DNA of 64,000 nucleotides from Candidatus Levyibacteriota bacterium (lineage in GTDB: Bacteria; Patescibacteriota; Microgenomatia; Levybacterales; UBA12049): the NCBI GenBank assembly GCA_003152105.1, contig PLZJ01000002.1, forward strand, positions 172,257 to 236,256. The letters run 5' to 3'. This document shows positions 1 to 9,272 of the stretch, piece by piece. Each line of letters starts with the position of its first letter. Position 1 is the stretch's first letter. The notes under the pieces are model-generated. The model was not told the origin of the DNA. It saw only the letters and a list, made by a program, of their open reading frames with translations, and did no database searches. The position numbers and the translations under genes are program-made.

Positions 1-1
1 C

Positions 2-778
2 ACAAGCGACGGACTAGATGTTCATCCAACTATTCCAACGGGGACGCAAAATTACGCTAAATTAATTGCTGATACCGTATCTCAAGTTAGTTCCGGTGCT
101 ACAAACTCTACTTCAGCAACAAGCCAAAGCTCTTCATCAACAGTACAAAGCAATGCTGTAGTTTCCTGTGTAGGAAAAGTTTCTGAGCAAGAAAAAAAGG
201 AATGCCAAAACCAAGGCAGCGGCTCATCAAATAATTCACTAGTGGAAGCAGCTCAAGACTTATATAACGAGACGGTGGCATGTTCTTCTGATAGAAGATT
301 TACTTTCGATATTTGTAGTTTCTCCAAAAACTTATCTAATACCCCATTTTCTGCAAATATTGATGCAGCATTACAAAGCATCACTCCTGATGGTGCAGGC
401 TGCACGCAATGTACTAATTTTGTATATACTGCAGTAGCACTAGCTACCGGGCAACAACTAGAACCAAATATAAGCGCAGCAGCGGATGCATTAGACTATA
501 ATCAACTTACTGCGGGTGGTGATACCTTTGTTAAGCAGCCTGCAAATACTATTCCCCAACCAGGAGACATAGGAGTGGCTGCAGCTTGGGCAAGTATTGC
601 AAACGGGGCTGAATATGTTGGCGGAGCAGGACACATATTAATCGTAAAAAAACCAGAAGGAAACGTAAAATTCTATGCTTTAGAAGCAAATTTTCCCGAA
701 CCTTCTAATAGCTGCCAAGTCGCGGATAGTGTATTTGAGCATTTTGATGGTTTATATACGTTTTTTAGAAAAAAATAA
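2..778 (+). CDS. 5'-truncated cell-wall-hydrolase-like protein: SGNH-like DxxHP motif, Ser-rich linker, C-terminal CHAP/NlpC-like domain
   Basis: The frame of ORF 242..778 is open back to base 2 (TSDGLDVHPT...NYAKLI). The C-terminal part has QCTNFV, GHILIV and EAN motifs typical of CHAP. Confidence 0.55.
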   Translation, partial: TSDGLDVHPTIPTGTQNYAKLIADTVSQVSSGATNSTSATSQSSSSTVQSNAVVSCVGKVSEQEKKECQNQGSGSSNNSLVEAAQDLYNETVACSSDRRFTFDICSFSKNLSNTPFSANIDAALQSITPDGAGCTQCTNFVYTAVALATGQQLEPNISAAADALDYNQLTAGGDTFVKQPANTIPQPGDIGVAAAWASIANGAEYVGGAGHILIVKKPEGNVKFYALEANFPEPSNSCQVADSVFEHFDGLYTFFRKK

Positions 779-780
779 AT

Positions 781-1506
781 ATGTTTAAACAATATTTTTT
801 TGAATTAATGAGCAAGTGGAAATGGTATTTATCTGCCTTACTTATTCTTATTTCACTAGTGGCTATATATATCATAATATCCTCGTACTTTTTTCCTCGT
901 AATGCAAATCATAATAAAATAAATACTACTTCTCAACCAACAATTTCTCCAATTCCGTTATCTAGCTTCGGTATTGATTCTACAAACCCATTAAGTGGAC
1001 AAAATAATGTGAATGCTGGCGAAATAATAATTTCATTTATATCTGATAGAGAGCTTCCTTCAAGTAAAGCATTTACTATGACTATATCACCAAAACTTCC
1101 CTATTATTGGAAATTTATTAATAGTTATCCTACTAAAATAGTTGAGGCACAGGTATTTGGAGGATTGAGTCCAAACACCACATATACAGTAAGTGTTTTT
1201 GATTATAAAAATAAACCAGTAAATTCTTGGTCATTTACAACCGTGACACAACCAGCTCAATCATCTTCAGCTCTCATTCAAGATAATGAACAGAAAATAA
1301 TTAGTAACTATTTTCCACTATTTCAATGGATTCCGTATTCAAATAATGATTTTGCAATAGACTATACTTCTCCAAGCGATAATACGCTACTTGTGAATAT
1401 TAAAAATAGTAATGTAAGTAGGGTTAAACAAGAAGTAAACGATTGGATTAAAAGTCATGGAGAAGATCCTTCAAAGCAAAAGATTAATTTTGTTAATAGC
1501 TATTAA
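781..1506 (+). CDS. Membrane-anchored protein with Ig/FN3-like extracellular domain
   Basis: N-terminal TM helix; STNP...NV and LSPNTTYTV motifs are Ig-like (Big_5/FN3). Confidence 0.5.
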   Translation: MFKQYFFELMSKWKWYLSALLILISLVAIYIIISSYFFPRNANHNKINTTSQPTISPIPLSSFGIDSTNPLSGQNNVNAGEIIISFISDRELPSSKAFTMTISPKLPYYWKFINSYPTKIVEAQVFGGLSPNTTYTVSVFDYKNKPVNSWSFTTVTQPAQSSSALIQDNEQKIISNYFPLFQWIPYSNNDFAIDYTSPSDNTLLVNIKNSNVSRVKQEVNDWIKSHGEDPSKQKINFVNSY

Positions 1507-2618
1507 CTCTGCACTCTCACAGGCATAATTATGTGCATATAAGAATCGTCGCTTTTAAATTTAAATACGCCGGGATTTAGGGGTCCTTGCATTTCAAAAA
1601 CTAATTCTTCTTCTTCAACATGAGTAAAAAAATCTAATAAATATTTAGCATTAAAGGCAATTTCGTTTTCTTCTCCCTCTAATACCCCCTCTACTTCAAC
1701 CATATTACTTCCTACTGCTGCGGTATTTGCAGATACTACTACCTTATCTTTCAAAAACGAAAATCTAACTATATTATCAGTTTCTCTAGCAAATATTCCA
1801 CTTATCTTAACTGCCTTATGCATCTCCTCTCTATTAAATACAAAGCGAAGTGAGTGTTCACTTGGAAGAATATCATCATATAAAGGAAATTCAGCGTCTA
1901 TTAGTCTTCCTATTATAGTAGTATTTGTGTCTGCAAAGATTATTTGATTGTTTTTAGAGGAAACATGAATTATTACATTACCTTCATCTTTTAATGTTAC
2001 TGCTTCCCTAAGAACTCTTGACTGCACTAGAAGTTTTTCATATTTTCCCGGATCCTGACTATTTACTCCCTCAGTTACAATGTGCTTTAAAGATAATCGA
2101 AAAGCATCAGTTGCAACAAGAAGAAAACCATTCTCTTCGCGTTTAAGTAAAACTCCAGTAAGTGCAGGCCTTGCATTATCTGTACTTGCCGCGAAAATAA
2201 CCTTAGTAAATTCTTTTTGGAGTATATCCTTATCTATAGTAGTAATAGTGTCTCCAAGGGCATCGTAGAGCGTTGGGAACTCTTCTTTTATTAATGTCTG
2301 AAATGTACTCTTACTGTGTAAACTACTAACCTCTAAGCTGTTTTCGTTGCTTTTTAATTCCACCTTATCTGAAGGAAGAGAATTAATAAGCTCAATAAAT
2401 TGTCTTGCAGAAACTAGCGTTGAACCTTCTGTTAGTATTTTTGCTGGAATTGCAACTTGAATTCCAACATCTAGATCTGTTGCTGATAACAATAATCGTC
2501 CTTCTTTACCTTCAAGTAATATGTGTTGTAATATTGGCAGCTGACTCTTAGAAGAAATGACATGTTGTATTAATGAAATCCGCTTTTGCAAGTTTTCACT
2601 TAGTACTTGTATGTGCAT
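1503..2618 (-). CDS. dnaN: DNA polymerase III beta clamp
   Basis: 371 aa; ATDLD, ATDAFRL, FNAKYL and IIMPVR motifs; downstream of dnaA. Confidence 0.97.
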   Translation of the reverse strand: MHIQVLSENLQKRISLIQHVISSKSQLPILQHILLEGKEGRLLLSATDLDVGIQVAIPAKILTEGSTLVSARQFIELINSLPSDKVELKSNENSLEVSSLHSKSTFQTLIKEEFPTLYDALGDTITTIDKDILQKEFTKVIFAASTDNARPALTGVLLKREENGFLLVATDAFRLSLKHIVTEGVNSQDPGKYEKLLVQSRVLREAVTLKDEGNVIIHVSSKNNQIIFADTNTTIIGRLIDAEFPLYDDILPSEHSLRFVFNREEMHKAVKISGIFARETDNIVRFSFLKDKVVVSANTAAVGSNMVEVEGVLEGEENEIAFNAKYLLDFFTHVEEEELVFEMQGPLNPGVFKFKSDDSYMHIIMPVRVQS

Positions 2619-2624
2619 AATCTT

Positions 2625-2885
2625 TTTACGTATATATAAATTGTAGTTGTAGTAGTGTATCGGGAAAAGTGGAAAAATGCAACCATATTTGAAAAACGAA
2701 ATTTATTTTTATCTATATTTATTTCAAATAAAGCTGTTTTTGCTTTTATTATTCTTATTAAATTCCCAAAAACACGAAATAAATGCTAATAAAAAATGTG
2801 GATAAGTTGTTGAAAAATTTGGGGAAAACCTGTTCACAACTCAGCATTTACTAGTTATCCAAATATCCCCTTTGTTATCCCCATT
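2625..2885. other. Replication origin (oriC) in the dnaA-dnaN intergenic region
   Basis: Perfect DnaA box TGTGGATAA at 2797-2805 plus several near-consensus boxes (e.g. 2660-2676 tandem, 2808, 2856, 2875). DnaA-trio-like TAG/TTG run at 2641-2656 next to an AT-rich tract at 2631-2640. Confidence 0.8.
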
Positions 2886-4228
2886 ATGTCAACAGATATC
2901 TTGTTTGGTGTTTTCAACATGTTCTCCACTTTTAAAACACCATGCATTACTGTTGTATGATCGCGCCCACCCAGCATATTTCCTATCTCAACATACGTTA
3001 GTTCTAGTTCTTTTTTTAACAAATACATGGTAATTTGTCTTGCTTTAACAATACCCGCATCTCTTTTGGGACCTTTTAGTTGTGTGGGCTTTATATTATA
3101 AAAAAAGCAAACATTTTTAATAATATCCTCAGGGTAAAGCCTCTTTGATTCTTGCTTTTCAATGCCTAATGCATTGTCCACCATTGCTAGAGTTGCTTTT
3201 TGTTCTTTTGTTTTTGATTCAGTTATAATTCGAAGCAAGAGCCCCTCTAGAGATCTTGCATCAGAAGCTTTTTCAGCTAGAGCTTTAGCAATCTCTATTG
3301 GTAAATCAAATTGATATTTATCAGCCTTTTTTAAAAGTATGGCTGTCTTTAGCTCAAAGTCTGGTGACTCAATATCTACGGTTAGTCCTCCTGCAAAGCG
3401 AGAGGAAAGCCTTTTTTCTAGTTTTTTAATTTCTGACGGGGGTCTATCAGATGAAAGAACAATTTGCGACCCATTATCAATTAAAATATTAAATGTGTGG
3501 AACAATTCTTCCTGAACTCTATCTTTGCCTGCAATAAATTGAATATCATCTATAACAAGGAGAGACGCAGATCTAAATCTTTTTTTCATTTTTGATGTTT
3601 CTGTATTGCGAATTGCCTCAACTACTTCATTGGTAAATTCTTCGCTGGTAATATAAATTATTTTTTTCTCAGGAGATTGTTGATAGGTAAAATTTGCTAT
3701 CGCATGCATTAGATGTGTTTTACCAACTCCTACTGGTCCATATATAAAAAGCGGATTATATGAGGTTCCAAGATTTTTTGCTACTGTCTGAGCAGACACA
3801 AAGGCAAGCTGATTACTTGAAGATACAGCAAGCGTATCAAACGTAAATTCACTTCTCACTCTTGGTAAATGTCCAAGTTGGATTAATGGTTTTTCTTGAG
3901 CAAAGGTAAGGAGCGTTTCTTTGTCGTTTTTAGAAACATTCTTTTTCTCGATTGATTTAGTTACTAAGTTTAGTTGATAGTCTCCTTGGTAATAGTCATC
4001 TACAGATTTTTTAATTTCGTTATAGAATCGTTTTTGTAGCATATCAGCAATCATTGGAGAAGTTGTTCCTATAGTCACTATGTTCTCTTCAACGGAAACA
4101 AGATGAGTTTGCCTAAAAAGCGTTAAATAGTTTACTCGAGACACTTTCGTTTCTATAGTAGACAGAATAGTTTTCCAAGCTGTATTTAGATCTTTTTCCA
4201 TAACAATTCGTTTGAGGCAATGTGGCAA
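2855..4228 (-). CDS. dnaA: Chromosomal replication initiator DnaA (likely start near 4201, MEKDL)
   Basis: YNPLFIYGPVGVGKTHL Walker A, IDDIQF, and GGRDHTTVMH domain IV signature. Confidence 0.98.
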   Translation of the reverse strand: MPHCLKRIVMEKDLNTAWKTILSTIETKVSRVNYLTLFRQTHLVSVEENIVTIGTTSPMIADMLQKRFYNEIKKSVDDYYQGDYQLNLVTKSIEKKNVSKNDKETLLTFAQEKPLIQLGHLPRVRSEFTFDTLAVSSSNQLAFVSAQTVAKNLGTSYNPLFIYGPVGVGKTHLMHAIANFTYQQSPEKKIIYITSEEFTNEVVEAIRNTETSKMKKRFRSASLLVIDDIQFIAGKDRVQEELFHTFNILIDNGSQIVLSSDRPPSEIKKLEKRLSSRFAGGLTVDIESPDFELKTAILLKKADKYQFDLPIEIAKALAEKASDARSLEGLLLRIITESKTKEQKATLAMVDNALGIEKQESKRLYPEDIIKNVCFFYNIKPTQLKGPKRDAGIVKARQITMYLLKKELELTYVEIGNMLGGRDHTTVMHGVLKVENMLKTPNKISVDIMGITKGIFG

Positions 4229-4321
4229 ATCGTTTTATCACTGTAATATTGTCAGTACAATTTGTCAAGAGGTTCTAGAAAACTTTAATCTTATGCTTAA
4301 TTCTGCTATAATATATTCTCA

Positions 4322-4456
4322 ATGGAAAAATTAATTAAAATAAAAAAAGTTAAAAGAAAGAGAAAGCACGGATTTTTAAGCAGACAGAGTTCGCATGGTG
4401 GAAAAAAAGTATTAAAGCGCCGACGCAATAAAGGCCGGAAAATACTAACCGTCTAA
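4322..4456 (+). CDS. rpmH: 50S ribosomal protein L34 (missed by the ORF track)
   Basis: Hand-translated [44 protein letters not shown]; canonical position before rnpA. Confidence 0.95.
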   Translation: MEKLIKIKKVKRKRKHGFLSRQSSHGGKKVLKRRRNKGRKILTV

Positions 4457-4788
4457 TGCTTGCTAAAAAATATCGTCTTTTATCGACTACAAAATTTCAA
4501 CATGCTAAATTGTATCAATCATCTTATTTTTCTCTTAGATATGTAAAATCTGAAAATAACCATAGTACTTTCGGATTTATCGTTACAAAGAAGGTTGACA
4601 AGAGAGCGGTTATTAGGAATGAAATAAAGCGTCGTTTTAGAGCCTGCATAGAGGAAAAATTAGAGCAAATTGTAAAGGGATATCATTTCCTTTTTGTAAT
4701 AAAAAAGGAAGCATTATCTGTTAATAAAGAAGAATTATGCAAACATATACAAGAGCAGTTGAAAAAAGAGGAGTTGTTGATAGCATAA
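4456..4788 (+). CDS. rnpA: RNase P protein component
   Basis: FGFIVTKKV.KRAVIRNEIKRR motif; synteny. Confidence 0.93.
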   Translation: MLAKKYRLLSTTKFQHAKLYQSSYFSLRYVKSENNHSTFGFIVTKKVDKRAVIRNEIKRRFRACIEEKLEQIVKGYHFLFVIKKEALSVNKEELCKHIQEQLKKEELLIA

Positions 4789-5009
4789 ACTTATTGCAAC
4801 CTTGCGTGGTGCTACTTATTGGGGTCTATCAAATACTTATTTCACCTCTACTACACGCGATAACCGGTCAAGATAAAGCATGTAGATATGCTCCTACTTG
4901 TTCTGAGTATGCTAAGGAACAAATTATAAAGTACGGATTAATGAGTGGAGGAAGAAAAGCTTTAATAAGACTTTTGAGTTGTCAGCCTTTTTCTAAAGCA
5001 GCAATATGA
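4737..5009 (+). CDS. yidD: Membrane protein insertion efficiency factor
   Basis: YQ..ISP, CRYAPTCSEY and RLLSCQPF motifs; start uncertain. Confidence 0.9.
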   Translation: MQTYTRAVEKRGVVDSINLLQPCVVLLIGVYQILISPLLHAITGQDKACRYAPTCSEYAKEQIIKYGLMSGGRKALIRLLSCQPFSKAAI

Positions 5010-5845
5010 ATATAATATCTATTTTTCAAACTTATATAGTTACTCCTTTAATAAACGTTTTATTATTGATATACCATTATTTGGTAATTCTTCATGTACC
5101 CTACCCTCTTGGATTTTCAATTATTTGCTTAACTATTATTATACGCATTATCTTATATCCATTTATTGCTGCGCAGCTTCGGATGTCACAAAAAATGCTT
5201 AAAATTGCTCCTCATGCGTCTAGACTTAAGGAGATTCACAAGAATGATGCAAAACGACTACAACAAGAAACTGCAAAGTTATATAAAGAACATGGTGTAA
5301 ACCCGGCTTTAGGGTGTTTGCCTATGTTAATACAGCTTCCAATTATCTGGGGTTTATATAACATGTTGTTTAATATAGTTTCCCTCAACCCGCACATTGC
5401 TGTCAAAAAGATTAATAGCGTTTTGTATTCACAAAGCCTTCATATTTCTGGAAATTGGAATCCTCAGTTTTTTGGAATTCCTTTGGGTCAAACACCTGAG
5501 CATCTATTTGCCACAATGGGTCCATTAATTCTGCTTGTGCCGGTTATTACCGGAGCGCTGCAATTTGTACAAACCAAAATGATGACTCCACCAAAGAACA
5601 AAGCGGTCTCCACAGAAAAAAAACAAGATGACTTTGCGTCTGCATTCCAAACACAATCACTCTACATATTCCCTATTATGATTGGATTCTTTTCATTCAA
5701 CTTTTCTTTCGGTTTATCTCTATACTGGAATACTTTTACTATTTTTGGTATACTCCAGCAGTATTTAATTAAAAAAGAAGATAAGGAAAAGGGAGTGGTT
5801 GTTGCACCGATTGTATCGCAAAATAATAGGAAAAGGAACAAATGA
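5006..5845 (+). CDS. yidC: Membrane protein insertase YidC/Oxa1
   Basis: LYKEHGVNP..GCLPMLIQLPI and GLSLYW motifs. Confidence 0.95.
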   Translation: MNIISIFQTYIVTPLINVLLLIYHYLVILHVPYPLGFSIICLTIIIRIILYPFIAAQLRMSQKMLKIAPHASRLKEIHKNDAKRLQQETAKLYKEHGVNPALGCLPMLIQLPIIWGLYNMLFNIVSLNPHIAVKKINSVLYSQSLHISGNWNPQFFGIPLGQTPEHLFATMGPLILLVPVITGALQFVQTKMMTPPKNKAVSTEKKQDDFASAFQTQSLYIFPIMIGFFSFNFSFGLSLYWNTFTIFGILQQYLIKKEDKEKGVVVAPIVSQNNRKRNK

Positions 5846-6309
5846 AAAAAACAGAAGAAAAAATTATTAAAGAAATAATTGATTCGTTTATTAATGTGCT
5901 TGGCATTTCAGGAACAGCTACTTTTGAAGCAACAACTTCAGATAAAGAAGAATTGATTGAAATCTTGCTTGAAACACAAGATACTAGTCTCGTAATTGGG
6001 CATCATGGTGAAGGGCTTGAAGCCTTACAATTATTGCTAAGTCTGGCGATATCGAAAAAAATTGATAGATTTGTTAGAGTATCTTTAGAAGTTGGAGATT
6101 ATAAGAAAAACCGGATTGAATTTTTAAATCAATTGACGGCAAAAACAAAAGAAAGAGCGCTACTTGAAGGAAGAGATATTGCTATGCCAGAATTAAAATC
6201 ATGGGAAAGAAGACTAGTGCATATGTTGCTTCAGGATGACGAAGAAGTAGAGACTGAGTCAATAGGTGAAGCAAAAGAGAGAGTGTTAGTTATTAAACCA
6301 AAAAAATAA
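5842..6309 (+). CDS. jag: Jag/KhpB RNA-binding protein (KH + R3H)
   Basis: VIGHHGEGLEALQ and ERRLVH motifs; synteny after yidC. Confidence 0.88.
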   Translation: MKKTEEKIIKEIIDSFINVLGISGTATFEATTSDKEELIEILLETQDTSLVIGHHGEGLEALQLLLSLAISKKIDRFVRVSLEVGDYKKNRIEFLNQLTAKTKERALLEGRDIAMPELKSWERRLVHMLLQDDEEVETESIGEAKERVLVIKPKK

Positions 6310-7607
6310 TGAACCTTCGTGCTTTTTTTCAAAAAGCAGCAACATTTTTCTTCCAAACCACTATACTTTTACTCCCTACACAGCTTGGAAAACATTTTTG
6401 GCCAGATTTTGCATTGACGCAAGGAATTCGCATAGACTATCTATCCCCTACTCTTTATGTTACTGACATTACAATTTTTTTATCACTCTTTTTTACAATT
6501 CTCTATTTAGGAAATACATTTCTATTACCGTTTCGAATTCTCCTTTTTAAGCACAAGATACTTTTACTGCTAATAAGCTTGGATATTGGTTTAGGAATAA
6601 TCGGTGCTACAAATAAAATGGTATCTTTATACGAGCTGTATAAAGATATTGAATTTTTATTATTTATATATCTGGTAATTCGAAATGTTCCTAAGGTAAA
6701 GATTGCAACTTTACTTGCATTAGGAGTTTGTTTTGAGTCTTTGCTTTCTGTAGCTCAGTTTGTTCATCAGGGTTCATTAGGAGGTCCTTTATATTTATTA
6801 GGAGAACGTGAAATATTTCCAAGTACTCCTGGTGCTGCAAATGTTTCAATTCACGGATTATTATTACTTCGTCCATATGGTACATTTTCTCATCCAAATG
6901 TCTTGGCAGGTTATTTAATCGTCGTGCTTGCATTACTAATTTTTTCAAAGAAAAAGAAGCAAATAAAAAACAATTTGGGTTGGATTATTACGTATATCTT
7001 AGGAAGCTTGGGGGTAGTAATCTCGTTAAGCAGGCCTGCGGTTATGGTTCTTTTTGTCATGATCTGCGTTAGGTTGGCAATGGAAAAGGGTAGGAAAAGA
7101 AAGATTTATGCAACCTCAATTTTTATCTGTTTAGTATTACTAATATTGATTTCATTTTCTGTCCTCCGCTTTAGGCTATTTGATTTTTCATTATCTGATT
7201 CATCTATTACTCAAAGAATATATTTAATGCAGGTTGCTTTAAAAATGATTGGTCAAAGTCCTCTGTTTGGAATTGGTCTGGGAAATTTTATACCAACTCT
7301 TCCAAGAATAATGGGATATGTTGGGTATCAATTATTGCAACCAGTACACAATATTTATTTGCTTGAAATGTCTGAGCTTGGCATGTTTGGGTTTTTACTA
7401 CTTGTCTGGATAATATATATGGTTATTCAAAAGCTTAGACATGTACAATCGAATGGGTATCAATTTACGTTCCGTGGAATTGTGATTGCGCTAAGTAGTA
7501 TTGCATTCCTGGGTTTATTTGATCATTATTTCTTCACATTAGAGCAAGCACAGCTAGTACTCTGTTTGGTTATTGGAATAGTCTATGCTGAAAAATCTCG
7601 TGCGTAG
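6309..7607 (+). CDS. O-antigen ligase family membrane protein
   Basis: RPYGTFSHPN, GIGLGNF and PVHNIYL motifs; multiple TM helices. Confidence 0.85.
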   Translation: MNLRAFFQKAATFFFQTTILLLPTQLGKHFWPDFALTQGIRIDYLSPTLYVTDITIFLSLFFTILYLGNTFLLPFRILLFKHKILLLLISLDIGLGIIGATNKMVSLYELYKDIEFLLFIYLVIRNVPKVKIATLLALGVCFESLLSVAQFVHQGSLGGPLYLLGEREIFPSTPGAANVSIHGLLLLRPYGTFSHPNVLAGYLIVVLALLIFSKKKKQIKNNLGWIITYILGSLGVVISLSRPAVMVLFVMICVRLAMEKGRKRKIYATSIFICLVLLILISFSVLRFRLFDFSLSDSSITQRIYLMQVALKMIGQSPLFGIGLGNFIPTLPRIMGYVGYQLLQPVHNIYLLEMSELGMFGFLLLVWIIYMVIQKLRHVQSNGYQFTFRGIVIALSSIAFLGLFDHYFFTLEQAQLVLCLVIGIVYAEKSRA

Positions 7608-7636
7608 AATAAGGCTAAACATGCTACAATACGAAT

Positions 7637-8854
7637 ATGTCTCACGTTGCAATCGCAAAAAACACTCTTTATCAAATCATCTCTAAGATATCGACTGCAT
7701 TCATAGGTTTTTTATTAACACTATTAATTGCGCACTATTATGGAGCTGATGGTTTTGGAGCTTATACAAAAATAACATTCCTCGTAGGCACAAGCCTTCT
7801 GTTAATTGATTTTGGAATTAATGCAATTTATTTGCAGACAGAAAAAAATATCACATTCTCCGATTTGGTATGGTTAAGGCTCATAATGGCTGCAGTATTG
7901 CTAATCGGATTGAACTTGCTACTTCCTGTATTTGGTATTTTTTCTCAAAATGCATTTCCTGTAGGAGTAAGATTAGGAGTATTGTATTATTCTTTAACAT
8001 TATTTCCACAGGCAGTTATTTTATCTACAAGTTCTTTATTTCAAAAGCATTTAAGGTACAACCTGCTTTTTATTGCGCAAGTTCTGGGATCATTAATTTT
8101 AATTCTGTCATCGGTTGTAGTTGTTGCGTTACATTTAAATTTGATTTGGATAATTCTTTCGTTACTTATTGGAAACATAGTGTCTGCTATAGCCGCATTT
8201 ATTCTTACAAAAGAAAAAATATCTTTTGGTTTTCGTCCACGAAATAGTTGGACTTTATTTAAAATGAGTGTGCCACTAGGACTTATGCTTTTTTGCAATT
8301 TAATTTACTTTAGAGCAGATATCTTTTTACTTTCTTTTTTCACAAGTCAAACAGCAGTAGGTATTTATGGTTACGCGTATCGTTATTTCGATTTTTTAAT
8401 TGCGCTGCCATTATTTTTGTCGAATTCTCTTTACCCAATCATGTTATCTGGGAAAAATACGCGAAATGGAAGTCAAATGCGAACTACCTATGGAGTTGTT
8501 TACGTAGTTTCTGGTATTTTCATTTCTTCGATAGCATTCTTATTAGCACCAATTATCGGAATCGTGAAACCAGAATTTTTATTATCAATTTTGCCGTTTA
8601 GAATATTACTGATCTCATTGCCTATATTTTTTCTGACCAGTTATTTGCAATGGATTTTAATTGTACATAAGAGATTACACATAATGCTAGGTATTTATAT
8701 TTTTTCTGCAGTATTAAATATTGTGTTAAATTATATTTTTATTCCCACACTTGGGTATATAGGAGCTGCATGGATTACTGATATTTCTGAACTAATTGTA
8801 TTATTGCTTCTTGCACTTACAATTTTTAAAACAAAGATATGGAACATAAGATAA
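7637..8854 (+). CDS. Polysaccharide flippase (Wzx/MOP family)
   Basis: About 12 TM; IYFRADIFLL, VGIYGYAYR and LNYIFIP.LGYIGAAW motifs. Confidence 0.85.
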   Translation: MSHVAIAKNTLYQIISKISTAFIGFLLTLLIAHYYGADGFGAYTKITFLVGTSLLLIDFGINAIYLQTEKNITFSDLVWLRLIMAAVLLIGLNLLLPVFGIFSQNAFPVGVRLGVLYYSLTLFPQAVILSTSSLFQKHLRYNLLFIAQVLGSLILILSSVVVVALHLNLIWIILSLLIGNIVSAIAAFILTKEKISFGFRPRNSWTLFKMSVPLGLMLFCNLIYFRADIFLLSFFTSQTAVGIYGYAYRYFDFLIALPLFLSNSLYPIMLSGKNTRNGSQMRTTYGVVYVVSGIFISSIAFLLAPIIGIVKPEFLLSILPFRILLISLPIFFLTSYLQWILIVHKRLHIMLGIYIFSAVLNIVLNYIFIPTLGYIGAAWITDISELIVLLLLALTIFKTKIWNIR

Positions 8855-9258
8855 TCGTTTTTACAGACGGGGGAGCAAGAGGAAATCCTGGGCCAGCTGC
8901 ATACGGGGTTTTTATTTGCGATGAGAAAGGCAAAGAATTAGCAGCTATTGGAAAGGCGATTGGGATTTCTACTAATAATATAGCCGAGTATGCAGGCGTT
9001 GAAGGAGCATTTAACTGGCTACTAGACAATCCCAATTATTCATCTAAAATTTATTTTTACCTTGATTCTTTATTGGTTTGTAATCAATTAAAAGGAATTT
9101 ATAAGATAAAAAATCCGACACTAATGAAGATGAGACAGGGAATTGCTATTGCTGAAAGAAAACTTAGAGATAAAAATATTGAAATTACTTATCAACACAT
9201 TCCTAGGGCTCAAAATAAAAAAGCAGACGCATTAGTAAACAAAGCATTAGATGAATAA
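8839..9258 (+). CDS. rnhA: Ribonuclease HI family protein
   Basis: FTDGGARGNPGPA, TNNIAEY, DSLLV and NKKADALVN motifs. Confidence 0.92.
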   Translation: MEHKIIVFTDGGARGNPGPAAYGVFICDEKGKELAAIGKAIGISTNNIAEYAGVEGAFNWLLDNPNYSSKIYFYLDSLLVCNQLKGIYKIKNPTLMKMRQGIAIAERKLRDKNIEITYQHIPRAQNKKADALVNKALDE

Positions 9259-9272
9259 CTAAAACAATTTCT

